Shown in pieces: positions 40,501 through 49,825 of a DNA stretch of 64,000 bases (the first letter of the stretch is position 1; each line of letters opens with the position of its first letter). A model generated the notes under the pieces. It was not told the DNA's origin. It did no database searches and was given only the letters and a program-made list of their open reading frames with translations. A program made the translations under genes and the position numbers. The stretch is taken from contig CALITO010000008.1 of assembly GCA_938041455.1 (NCBI GenBank), positions 206,319 to 270,318 on the forward strand. Direction: 5' to 3'. Source of the stretch: an uncultured bacterium. GTDB taxonomy: Bacteria; Armatimonadota; JACIXR01.

Positions 40501-41878
40501 AAATTTTCTGCCAACAGGAGAAATTTTGATAAACAATATATCACCCGAGGGAAAATATCCTTTCCTCCACCGCGGTTTTTCCTCTATCACTCTCAGCCTA
40601 CCCCCTTTCTCAGTAAGAATTCTGGAATTTCAACCACTTCAAAGGAAACAAACTATTAAACTTCCTCCATCCCAAGAGTATGTGATGGCAAATGGCTTAG
40701 AATGGGAGCTATCCACGGATAAAAAGGAGATTGTAGGGGGCGAAAAATACAACATCGTCTTCCGAGCAAAGGCGAACAAACCCCTTAAACTACTTCTTCA
40801 TATTGAGGGAGAGAGCCTTTCCCTCAATATAGATGGAAAGAATATAAGCCAGTTGGTCATACCAAAAGTGGCTCCACTCGTCCAAGATACTCAATACCTC
40901 TGTTCCAAAGGGACTTTGTATTTTGATAAATATAAAACCGAGGTAGTTGTTCCCATAAAGGTCCTCCCCCGGTTTGAGCTATTGCTTTCCGCCGACACCC
41001 TAAGAGCAGGAGAAAAAGCCATAATGAGGGTAGAAATCAAAAATAATTCAACTCAGGACTCTTCCGCTCGTCTTTTTCTCCTACTTCCACCTCAATGGGA
41101 GGTTGCGCCAGCGAACAGCCTGCAAGTGTTTATCCCTGCCCAGGAGAAAAGCGATTTCTTTTTCCAAATTTATATCCCTTCTCAATTCTCCCTTAATGAG
41201 GCAAAGGTAAAAGCCCATATTGGCGAGCAGACAGCGGTAATCTCTTTGAAAGTGTTCCCTCCTTCCCCCATAGCTGAATGCCCTTACTTCAAACCAACTG
41301 GCGAAGGATTGCTTGCTTTAAAAGCAGGGAAACCGCTTTTAATAGAACCGAAAGGGGTGAAGGTCTCCCATTGGAAAGGAGAGGAAGACATCTGGGGAAG
41401 AAGTTGGATCGGCTGGGATGAAAAGAATTTCTAGCTCCTCGTGGAGGTTAAGGACGACATCTTCCACCAACCCTACACAGGAAAGGACATTTGGAAGGGA
41501 GATTGTGTTCAATTAGCCCTTCGCCCCGCTGGAGTAGCCAATCGCTCAACTTATGAAGGGGTTTACGAATTCGGCATAGCTTTAGGAGCAAATGGGGAAG
41601 AAGTATATCAATGGACACCCAGAGAAGGAAATTGGGAGACTGCTTCCTGCAAGATAAATAGGAAGGAGAATTCTATATTATACCAATTATCGCTTCCCTG
41701 GGAGGCTATAGGTTTAGAGAAGCCCACATTGGTCAGGGAATTGGGATGGGCTTTTACGATAAACGAGAACGATGGAGAGGGATTTCGGGGATGGCTAGAG
41801 TGGGCAGGAGGTATATGTGGAAACAAGGACGCTTCCCTCTTTGGGAAGCTCGTGTTAAAAAGAGAGGAAGGAGAATGA
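37517..41878 (+). CDS. Large secreted multidomain glycoside hydrolase-like protein (DUF6259-like TIM barrel, Ig-like, C-terminal CBM9-like) interrupted by an in-frame TAG at 41432-41434
   Basis: ORFs 37517-41434 and 41441-41878 share one frame: ...WDEKNF*LLVEVKDDIFHQ...GDCVQLA...FTINEND; signal peptide; 'HWYNWH..FD..YP', 'MPYINGRLWD', 'IYIDQI'. Confidence 0.75.
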
Positions 41879-41881
41879 GTT

Positions 41882-43732
41882 ATGAGCGAAATCCAATTAG
41901 CATTAACTATTGATATAATACTACACCTTTTCCTCGATCTCTCACCTGATGCCAAAGAGTGGCAAAAGGTTGGGTTGGATCAGTATACAACTGGAGATTA
42001 TGTTCTCAAGTTGGAAAGGGAGGAAAAAGCAGGCAGACAAATTATCGCTTTTAAACTGAGTAGGAAAGATGGTGGAACCTTTACCATCAACTCTTATGGG
42101 TTTTATACAGATATCCCTATTTCAGAGGTCCATCGTGTCTATCCCCTAAGCATATGGGACAATCCCGGTCTCCCTTGGTTGGTGGAACATTCAACTGCAA
42201 GCACAAGGGGGATTCCCTGCATTATGCTTTTGCGGAGGGATGGACAGAACAAATTAACCATTGGTTTTGCTGACCAAATATATGAGAGCCAGATAAGGGG
42301 AAATCTTGCCTTCCGGGGCCAGGGCACCTATCACCTTGAGGGACGCAAGTTGTTCCTTGATAGCACGAAGATTGAAACAAGGGAGTATAAAGACGCTCTT
42401 TATGTCTCCTTAGCTCCCCTTTATTGGTTTGATGTTGCCAGGGACTACTCAGAATTCGTGGATTCCTTTACAAGATATAAGCCAAACCCTATTCCCGACT
42501 GGGCCTATGAGCCCGTTTATTGTTCTTGGTATCCTTACGAGGATAACATAGATGAAAGGATAATTTGGGAGAATGCCAAAATTGCCAAAGAAGTGGGTAT
42601 AGGGACGTTCCTCATAGACGCAGGCTGGAATACGGAAAGGGAGGGAGAATGGCATTGGATAGATGGGCGCTATGGAGATTATATTCCCTGTGAGAAGAAG
42701 TTTCCTGATTTCAAAGGGTTGATAAGGAGGATGCAAAAGGAACTGGGTTTGAAAGTAGAAGTGTGGCTCGCTCCCTTTTGGCTTGGTTCGGACAGCGAAA
42801 CTTACAAGAAGGGTTTAGGGGTCGCAAGGTGCAAAGTTAGAGAAGGAAATAAATTGGTGGAAAACATAAATCTTTGTCCCCAAAACCCTCAAACTTTGAA
42901 GAGGATGGAGGAAATCGTTCGCTATCTATTTGAGGAGCTTGGTGTGGATGGGATTTGGGTGGATTTTGTGGATTCCCTCCCCTGGGAATGCTCCGCGGAG
43001 CATGAACATATATTCCAAACGATTGGAGAGGGCGCATCAGCCTGTCTGAAAAAAATTTACGAGGTCGCTACATCCTTACATCCTGAGGCGGTGATAGAGT
43101 ACCGTATCTTTCATGGGAATCTCCACAATAAACGCTTTCTCAATGTTTTGGAAACCACGGACACTCCCCACAACTACGATGATAACCGCCGTTTCAGCGT
43201 CTATGTGCGTTCCTTCTCCAAAGGGGTAGTAGTAAAGACTGACCCCACTATGTGGAGCCCTAAATGTCCTCCCCAGGAGGTAGCAAAACATTGTGCCACA
43301 ATGATAATGGGAGGTGTTCCCGCCTTTTCCCTCGATCTCCCTTCCTTATCCTCCTCACACCTCAGAATCCTTGCCGCTTATCTCTCCTTTTATAGGATTC
43401 ATAGGGATGCCCTTTTAAAAGGCCAGTTCCGTCCCCTGGCAACCCAACCTTCCTTCCCCGTCAATATAATAGAGGGAGAAACGAGTTTTCTTTACATAGG
43501 TCAAGTGCAGGTCCCACCAGTAGAGATAAAAGAACAAACCCGAGAGCTTTACATTTTCAATTGTTCAGAAAGTGAGGATCTTCTCTTCCCACTCAAGGGT
43601 ATATCTCGCTTCAGGAAAGCGATTATCCATAATGAATTCCTTCAGCCCATTGAGGAAATAAAATTACCCCCTCAGGAAAACTCCCTTCCTTTAAGAGTGC
43701 CTATCGGAGGAATGGTTAAGCTAATATATTAG
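41882..43732 (+). CDS. Alpha-galactosidase-like glycoside hydrolase (GH36/clan D)
   Basis: 'PVYCSWY', 'FLIDAGW', 'GDY.P...KFPD', 'WLAPF', 'GVDGIWVDF' nucleophile region; no signal peptide. Confidence 0.8.
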   Translation: MSEIQLALTIDIILHLFLDLSPDAKEWQKVGLDQYTTGDYVLKLEREEKAGRQIIAFKLSRKDGGTFTINSYGFYTDIPISEVHRVYPLSIWDNPGLPWLVEHSTASTRGIPCIMLLRRDGQNKLTIGFADQIYESQIRGNLAFRGQGTYHLEGRKLFLDSTKIETREYKDALYVSLAPLYWFDVARDYSEFVDSFTRYKPNPIPDWAYEPVYCSWYPYEDNIDERIIWENAKIAKEVGIGTFLIDAGWNTEREGEWHWIDGRYGDYIPCEKKFPDFKGLIRRMQKELGLKVEVWLAPFWLGSDSETYKKGLGVARCKVREGNKLVENINLCPQNPQTLKRMEEIVRYLFEELGVDGIWVDFVDSLPWECSAEHEHIFQTIGEGASACLKKIYEVATSLHPEAVIEYRIFHGNLHNKRFLNVLETTDTPHNYDDNRRFSVYVRSFSKGVVVKTDPTMWSPKCPPQEVAKHCATMIMGGVPAFSLDLPSLSSSHLRILAAYLSFYRIHRDALLKGQFRPLATQPSFPVNIIEGETSFLYIGQVQVPPVEIKEQTRELYIFNCSESEDLLFPLKGISRFRKAIIHNEFLQPIEEIKLPPQENSLPLRVPIGGMVKLIY

Positions 43733-44076
43733 GCTCCACATAACCTACATTTCCAGTCCTGCCCTGCTTGAGGAGAAGGATGGTTAGGTGAGTGGGGTGG
43801 ATTGAATAAGTGCCACCACTGACATTCAGTGTGGAAGGCATCCTCGGGGGATTCGGCGAATCTGAACCAGAAGAAGGAATAGTTGCCTAAACGAGCTTTG
43901 TTCTTTATTGCCTCACCTAAAGACGAATCAGCCCTTCCTATGTATTGGTGGACCTTGCCATCTTGGGAAAGAATGAATGTGCCGGGCTTGGTGTTATCAG
44001 CGACGAAGTAATCCACCCAATCCAAAGGATAGGGCCCTTCCATATCCAAAGGTAGCGGTCCTTTCACTTGTATCAC
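43729..44076 (-). CDS. Small hypothetical protein with a degenerate GIY-YIG-like motif and C-terminal Cys/His cluster
   Basis: 'PGTFILS..YIGRAD', 'AFHTECQWWH', 'HP', 'WKCRLC'; AGAAGGGAG RBS with GTG start. Confidence 0.6.
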   Translation of the reverse strand: MIQVKGPLPLDMEGPYPLDWVDYFVADNTKPGTFILSQDGKVHQYIGRADSSLGEAIKNKARLGNYSFFWFRFAESPEDAFHTECQWWHLFNPPHSPNHPSPQAGQDWKCRLCGA

Positions 44077-44101
44077 CTCCCTTCTTTAAAAATCTTATAT
44101 T

Positions 44102-44135
44102 CTTTCTGCCTATTTTGTCAAGAATAGGCAGAAAG
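44102..44135. repeat. Perfect 13-bp inverted repeat in a divergent intergenic region
   Basis: CTTTCTGCCTATT (44102-44114) - TTGTCAAG - AATAGGCAGAAAG (44123-44135). Confidence 0.85.
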
Positions 44136-44204
44136 GGAGCGTGATGCGATAAATTTGTTTACCGATGTGATAAAATCGTTTTATATAATGAAAGCAGAGT
44201 TAAA

Positions 44205-46109
44205 ATGTTGCTCCTTTTATTATCTCTCCTCGGCGTCATCGTTCTCGCTTTTCTTTCTCCTTACATAGAGATAGTCATCTGGGGAACACAGATAGGATCA
44301 ATTACTCCTCCCCCTGGTCCTCTTCTTATCCTTTTCTTTTTGGTGTTCTTTATCAACCCTCTACTTCTACGCCTTTTCAAAAAGGAAATCTCCAGAGGTA
44401 ACCTTCTTTTCCTTTATGCTCTTCTTCTTCTCGTCGCTGTCCTTCCCTCCTGCCAATTTGCCCAGTGGCTACCCTCCGTAGTCACGGGTCCTTTCTACTT
44501 CGGTACCCCGGAGAACAAATGGCTTCCCTTGACCAAATACATTCCTAATTGGTGGACACCCCTTGATAAGGGAAAGATCAAGTGGTTTTACGAAGGCTTA
44601 CCTCCTGGGGAGAGCATCCCTTGGGAAGAATGGGCACGCCCATTCTTTGCCTTTGTTCCTATGGTTATCTGTTTCTATTTCACTATGTTCTGTATATCCT
44701 TCATTTTGCGCAAACATTGGATAGAGAATGAGAAGTTAACATTTCCCCTTGTCCAACTCCCTCTGGAAATAACCAGTCAAGCACAAAATATTTTCAGGGA
44801 CAAGATTTTCCGGATTGGCACTGCTATACCGGTAGCGGTGCACCTTCTCAATGGTCTGAGTTACCGCTTCCCCTTTATTCCCTCCATTCCCCTACGGGGC
44901 ATCCAGGTAGGAACATATTTCCTTACAAAACCCTGGAACGCCGTGAATCCATTCTTCATAGATATCCACTTTTGCCTCATAGGTTTCTCCTTTCTTGCCA
45001 GTAGGGATGTTCCCTTCAGTATATGGTTCTTCTTTCTTCTCTATAAGCTCACCTGTGTTATGGGTTCCGCTGTGGGATGGACCCCAGGTTGGGAAGATAG
45101 GAGCTTGCGGGGAGTTTCTTTTCCTTATGTAGAAGCTCAAGAAGTAGGTTCAATGCTTGCTTTGGTTGGAATGGGATTGTGGGGAACGAGGAAATATTTA
45201 AAGGAGATATGGGGTATTGCTTTCAAGAGAGCAAAAAGTGAGCCAGAAGCTTCCCTCTACCGTCTCTCCCTCATAGGGGGTATGGTGGGCTTCACTGGGA
45301 TGACAGTTTGGGGTGTCCTTTCGGGAATGTCTATTTGGCTTTCCTTTTCTATCTTCTTTTTATCAATCCTTTTTGCCTTAGGAGTCAATAGATTGATGGC
45401 AGAGGGAGGGGTGAACTTCCTTTGGGCAGCACAGAGTGGACCAAATTACCTCATATTTGCCCTTGAGGGGGGGAGAATACTTAAAATACGGGAATGGCTT
45501 GTCCTGCTCTCCTTACCCTATTTCATTTGGAACTTCAAGGGTCCAGTGGGACCGCAAAGTTTTGAATCCTTTAAAATAGCACAAGAAGCTAAAATTTCCC
45601 CTAAATTGTTTTTCTACCTTTTCCCCATAGCTATGCTCTTGGCTATGGGTATTGCTTACTTCTATGTCATTTACATCGTCCATACAAAGGGAGGAGGGGT
45701 CTCCCTTTGCGATTATCGTTTTGTCCATGTGGGGCAGAGACCATTTATGGAACTCGTTTCTGTGACCGATCACCCCGAGAAAATCGTCCCCGCAAGGATT
45801 CTGATGATTGTCTTATCCTTTATTTTCACCATCTTCCTATTCACTATGCGTTGGCGCTTCCTTTGGTGGCGGTTTCATCCAATAGGCTATGTAACCAGCA
45901 CTATCTGGGCAACGAATTATATGTGGTTCTCCCTTCTTTTGGGCTCTTTCTTCAATTTCGTGATAATGAAGATAGGTGGATTGAAGCTCTACCGGAGAGC
46001 GAGGTTGTTCTTCCTCGGCTTCATAATGGGGGATTTCCTTATGCTTGGCTTCTGGCTTCTTACGGACGCCTTCGTAGGGACAAGAGGATTCCGCCTCTTC
46101 GGAAACTGA
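44205..46109 (+). CDS. DUF6785/DUF6784-type polytopic membrane protein (putative OPT-like transporter)
   Basis: Many TM helices; 'PENKW', 'IPW..W..P', 'RKHW.ENEKLTFPLVQLPLE', 'R.RFLWW.FHPIGY', 'GGLKLYRRAR.FFLGFI.GDF'. Confidence 0.75.
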   Translation: MLLLLLSLLGVIVLAFLSPYIEIVIWGTQIGSITPPPGPLLILFFLVFFINPLLLRLFKKEISRGNLLFLYALLLLVAVLPSCQFAQWLPSVVTGPFYFGTPENKWLPLTKYIPNWWTPLDKGKIKWFYEGLPPGESIPWEEWARPFFAFVPMVICFYFTMFCISFILRKHWIENEKLTFPLVQLPLEITSQAQNIFRDKIFRIGTAIPVAVHLLNGLSYRFPFIPSIPLRGIQVGTYFLTKPWNAVNPFFIDIHFCLIGFSFLASRDVPFSIWFFFLLYKLTCVMGSAVGWTPGWEDRSLRGVSFPYVEAQEVGSMLALVGMGLWGTRKYLKEIWGIAFKRAKSEPEASLYRLSLIGGMVGFTGMTVWGVLSGMSIWLSFSIFFLSILFALGVNRLMAEGGVNFLWAAQSGPNYLIFALEGGRILKIREWLVLLSLPYFIWNFKGPVGPQSFESFKIAQEAKISPKLFFYLFPIAMLLAMGIAYFYVIYIVHTKGGGVSLCDYRFVHVGQRPFMELVSVTDHPEKIVPARILMIVLSFIFTIFLFTMRWRFLWWRFHPIGYVTSTIWATNYMWFSLLLGSFFNFVIMKIGGLKLYRRARLFFLGFIMGDFLMLGFWLLTDAFVGTRGFRLFGN

Positions 46110-46146
46110 AGTTCTTAGCCGTTACTATTTTCTTCCTTACCTCAAT

Positions 46147-47184
46147 CTATCGCCAATCAAATACAACGCCGAGAAACTCCTCCGGTTTATCCCTCAACCC
46201 AAAATATGCTTCTTCGCACTGCTCCGGTTTGAGAAGATGTGTGAGCAAAGGCTCTACTATCAATTTACCCCTTGCTATTAAGGAGAGGTTTATCCTCGCG
46301 TTTCTTTCCACGCTGTGCTTCGGTCTTTCATATTTCGGCCAGTCAACCACGAAGAAATCCTTCCTCTCCTCCCTCACTGGATAACGCCATTCATGTGCCC
46401 CTTTATATGTTACACAGCCAAATTCCGATAGATGGATCCTTTCCAAAAGTTCGGTAACATTCATCTGGTGGGGGCGCTGGAAATAAGAACCAAGGAGTAT
46501 TACCTCACCATAGGGAGCGGAGTACTGCCAGGCAGTGGCGGAAACTTGGGCACTGCCTGTGGCGTCTACTACGACCTCGCATCCCTCGCCATCTGTTAAT
46601 TCTCTCACTGCCTCAGTTGGGTCAACCTCATTTGCGTTAATTAACTTCTCAAGTCCGCAAGCCCTTGCTATCTCCAAACGCTTGGCCACTTTGTCTATCC
46701 CTATCACATCACTTCCTGCAAGCGCGAATAACTGGGCACAAAGGTTTCCTACCAATCCCAAACCTATCACCGCTACCCTATCACCCAGTTCCCCATTGCT
46801 TACCCGAAGGGCAGTTATGGAGACATTTGCCATCCGCGCAAAGACAGCTTTAATAGGGTCTAAACCTTCTGGCACCTTCACCGCTATAACTTGCGCTTTA
46901 GCATAACTCGCGTGATTGCTGTGGGTGAGGACGATGTCCCCTTCCTTTACTTCTCGCACATTCTCCCCCACGCCGATAACTTCCCCAATCATTCCATAAC
47001 CTGGGTAGAAGGGAAACCATGCCCACTTTGCATGCCCAGCGAGGCAGGAAAGCTCCGTCCCCGCACTTATAACGCTGACAATAGCCTTAATAACGACATC
47101 GCCCTCTCTGGGTGTGGGGTCAAAATCAAACTCCTCCAACTCCACCTTATTCGGAGCTGGAAAAACTATTCGCTTCGCCTTCAA
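46147..47184 (-). CDS. Medium-chain dehydrogenase/reductase, SAGTE subfamily (likely start TTG 47184)
   Basis: GGAGGG RBS before TTG; 'ISAGTEL', 'YPGY...GEV', Rossmann 'VIGLGLVG', 'VVVDATG'. Confidence 0.85.
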   Translation of the reverse strand: MKAKRIVFPAPNKVELEEFDFDPTPREGDVVIKAIVSVISAGTELSCLAGHAKWAWFPFYPGYGMIGEVIGVGENVREVKEGDIVLTHSNHASYAKAQVIAVKVPEGLDPIKAVFARMANVSITALRVSNGELGDRVAVIGLGLVGNLCAQLFALAGSDVIGIDKVAKRLEIARACGLEKLINANEVDPTEAVRELTDGEGCEVVVDATGSAQVSATAWQYSAPYGEVILLGSYFQRPHQMNVTELLERIHLSEFGCVTYKGAHEWRYPVREERKDFFVVDWPKYERPKHSVERNARINLSLIARGKLIVEPLLTHLLKPEQCEEAYFGLRDKPEEFLGVVFDWR

Positions 47185-47208
47185 TTTGCTCCCTCCTTTT
47201 TCAAAATG

Positions 47209-47237
47209 TTCATCAATTTCAAAACCAATCTTATAAT
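47209..47237 (+). promoter_or_regulatory. Putative sigma70 promoter in the divergent region
   Basis: TTCATC-17 nt-TATAAT upstream of the 47290 gene. Confidence 0.45.
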
Positions 47238-47289
47238 TAAGTAAATTATTTGTGTGCAAAATCCCTTTTTCAAGGAGATGAAGCAAGTT

Positions 47290-49824
47290 ATGAAAGTAAG
47301 CAAAGTAAATTTCCTTCTGCTTTCTTTTTTCCTCGTCCAGGGGGGATTCTCTACCTCGCTCATTGATTGGTTGATTCAAAGAGAGGACAGGCTCTCTATC
47401 AAGGATTTTCTCTCATACTACCGGTCTAATCCCTCTTCCTTGACCTTTAGTTGGAGGGAAAAGGACACCGAATGGCATAGTTCGACATTTCAAATTAAAG
47501 GAAATGTCCTTGAGGCAAGTGTCCCCTTTTTCTTTGTAAGATTGACCCCCTCAATTTATAAGGGTGGGCTTCTCCTCTCCTGCAAAATATCGTTAAAACA
47601 AGAGAGCAACTCCCCTTATGAACTCCTCCTCTCCGCTCCTTTTAAACCAAAGAGCTGGGAAAGACAGTTCTATCCTCGGCTTCCCTACCTCATTCTTCCA
47701 CCTGATTCACCCGCTACCATCCGCTTTCTTGCCATAGAGAACGATTGGACCGAACTCCAAGAGCTTGGTGTATACTTTTACCCCTTTGGTGTTTTAGAGA
47801 ACAAGACCCATTTTCTCCTTTGGGGTTCCATAGATATAGGGAAGTATGCCCTTCTAACGCCAAATCTTCTTCCCAATAATATACCAGCTATGTGCCTTCG
47901 CCCTCTCAAACTTAAAATGAGCGATACACTCACCTTGGATCTATTCATAAAATCCTTCCCGAAAGCGAAATTCCCCCGCTATAGGGATGTTCTACGCTGG
48001 TATATAGAGAACTGGAAGGACAGCGACCCTTTGACCGGCGCTATCCTAGGCAATGCCAAAGCAATCCTTGAACACAAGAGAAAGAATCCACGGCGGCTTC
48101 CGTGGGGAAATCTCGCGGGATTTCCCGGCGGAGAACCGATAGCGGATGAGGAAGGAAACTTAAACGAGTGGGGCGAGCATCTTTCAAAAGGTTGGAAAGC
48201 ACAGAAGATAGGAAACTGCTGGTATTATGCGTGGCATCGCTGGGATGAAACCTATCCCACCGAGGGTGAATGGATTGGGGAGATGGGTGTTAAGAACAGT
48301 CCCGAGAAAATTAAAGGTTATATAAAAGCCCTTTTATCTGTAGGTGTCCATCCCTTTCTTTATTTTCGCCAACTGCTGGCTCAGGAAGGATTGAGGGACG
48401 ATGGACCACCATATAAGGATTGGGTAGCGATAAACGAGAAAGGAAAGGTGCTCTGGGGATACGAATGGGCTCCTTCAGCTGAAAATGCGAAGTTAATAGG
48501 ATACGAAAAACTCCATCTTCTCCCTGCCGATTTCGGCAACGATTCCTTCCGCCTTTGGTTCCTTGAAAACTTGAAAAGATGCATAGATTTGTATCAACCT
48601 GCCGGCATAGCCTTTGATATGGGCTGGGCGTATCCAAACAGCGCTATGTTTTCCCGTGCTAATCCCGATACCAGCAATCCACACGCAGTCTTGAGATTAC
48701 AGGCGGATGTTTGGAACTGGCTTAGAGAGAAGCACCCGAAGAAGCGTATAATAACTAACGAGGCTCCAGGCATTCCCTCTCAACTTTTCGCCGATGGCAT
48801 CCTAATAGAAGGGGGCTTCGCCGCAGGGAAAACTGAACTGGATTACGAGGCAGCTAAAGCTATACCTACTACGGTTATAAGTTATGAATATCCCTCTATA
48901 TACAGAGGGTTTATCCAAGCGCTCGATAAAAATCAGAAGCGATTCTTGATCGTTAAATACAGAGCGAAGGGGATAGAACCAAGTGAGGATTATGCCATAT
49001 ATATTACGGAGGGGGTTCCGGGAAGGGAGGCTACAGCTATCAAGTTGAGCGAACTCCTGGCTGATGGTGAATGGCATATCGCTGTGGTTGACCTCGATAC
49101 AATTCCCAATGTGGAGAAAATAAAAGGACTGGCCTTGCAGGTCCAATGCGCTGATGATTATGCCTATTTAGATGTGGCTTTCATCGCTTTTTCCTCTTCT
49201 CCTACGCCTACCTCTCCTTCTGAATCGCCTTTGAACACTTTCCCTTCCTTCCTTGATAACCGTTTTGCCTCTTTTTGGCTAAGTCACCGGGAGTGGCTAC
49301 AAAATCCTTCCCAAGATTTTGCGGTTAAGAGAGAAAGCGACTACATAAGATTTGAAGTTAAAGGGAAAGGATTGGGGATGAAGTGGGAATTCTTGGCTTA
49401 CAAGGGATTAATAGCGCAGGAGTATATGAAAGTTTTGAGCTTAGGCGCGTGCATAGGAGGGGATGTTTGGTATCCTTTCCCAGAAATTCTATCTTTCAGT
49501 GCAGAAGCTATGGCCATCCCTCCCATTACTGATTCTTTTAGATTGGAGGTAAAGGATAAAAGAATTTGGGCAAGTGGGTGGGAGGACGATGAAAAACTTC
49601 TTATAGCCGTCTATAACAAAAGCGATGAAACAGTATCAGGCTCTTTGAGATTAAAGAGCGATATGGTTAAAAAGGCGAGGAGGAATAAGACGATCCTTTT
49701 GAACTCCTATGGGGAACCTATCCTGGGTGGGGAAGTAGCAATAGAAGAGAGCGAGATAAAGTTTCAGATTCCCCCAAAGGGAGCCCTTTTGACTCTTCCT
49801 CACATAGGAGAGGAGGAGTTTTAA
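47290..49824 (+). CDS. Secreted hypothetical protein, putative TIM-barrel glycoside hydrolase with an inserted CBM-like module (start 47278 or 47290)
   Basis: Signal peptide 'MKVSKVNFLLLSFFLVQGG'; 'GVHPFLYF', 'GIAFDMGW', 'IITNE' strand-end acids; 'LIVKYRA...DGEWHIAVVDL' beta-sandwich. Confidence 0.55.
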   Translation: MKVSKVNFLLLSFFLVQGGFSTSLIDWLIQREDRLSIKDFLSYYRSNPSSLTFSWREKDTEWHSSTFQIKGNVLEASVPFFFVRLTPSIYKGGLLLSCKISLKQESNSPYELLLSAPFKPKSWERQFYPRLPYLILPPDSPATIRFLAIENDWTELQELGVYFYPFGVLENKTHFLLWGSIDIGKYALLTPNLLPNNIPAMCLRPLKLKMSDTLTLDLFIKSFPKAKFPRYRDVLRWYIENWKDSDPLTGAILGNAKAILEHKRKNPRRLPWGNLAGFPGGEPIADEEGNLNEWGEHLSKGWKAQKIGNCWYYAWHRWDETYPTEGEWIGEMGVKNSPEKIKGYIKALLSVGVHPFLYFRQLLAQEGLRDDGPPYKDWVAINEKGKVLWGYEWAPSAENAKLIGYEKLHLLPADFGNDSFRLWFLENLKRCIDLYQPAGIAFDMGWAYPNSAMFSRANPDTSNPHAVLRLQADVWNWLREKHPKKRIITNEAPGIPSQLFADGILIEGGFAAGKTELDYEAAKAIPTTVISYEYPSIYRGFIQALDKNQKRFLIVKYRAKGIEPSEDYAIYITEGVPGREATAIKLSELLADGEWHIAVVDLDTIPNVEKIKGLALQVQCADDYAYLDVAFIAFSSSPTPTSPSESPLNTFPSFLDNRFASFWLSHREWLQNPSQDFAVKRESDYIRFEVKGKGLGMKWEFLAYKGLIAQEYMKVLSLGACIGGDVWYPFPEILSFSAEAMAIPPITDSFRLEVKDKRIWASGWEDDEKLLIAVYNKSDETVSGSLRLKSDMVKKARRNKTILLNSYGEPILGGEVAIEESEIKFQIPPKGALLTLPHIGEEEF

Positions 49825-49825
49825 A

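Noticed and set aside
41432..41434. Genome-wide TAG reassignment or pyrrolysine
   Set aside because: TAG ends several clearly complete genes (ompH, pcm, rph, ileS); no pyl genes seen; the position corresponds to Tyr.
44188..44207. Possible frameshift joining ATG 44188 (MKAELK) to the membrane protein via the A-run
   Set aside because: One extra A would fuse them, but ATG 44205 already gives a plausible full protein; cannot be decided without reads or homologues.
47185..47379. N-terminal extensions of ORFs 46147-47379 and 47254-49824
   Set aside because: They would overlap head-to-head; RBS-supported starts at 47184 and 47278/47290 leave a normal divergent promoter gap.
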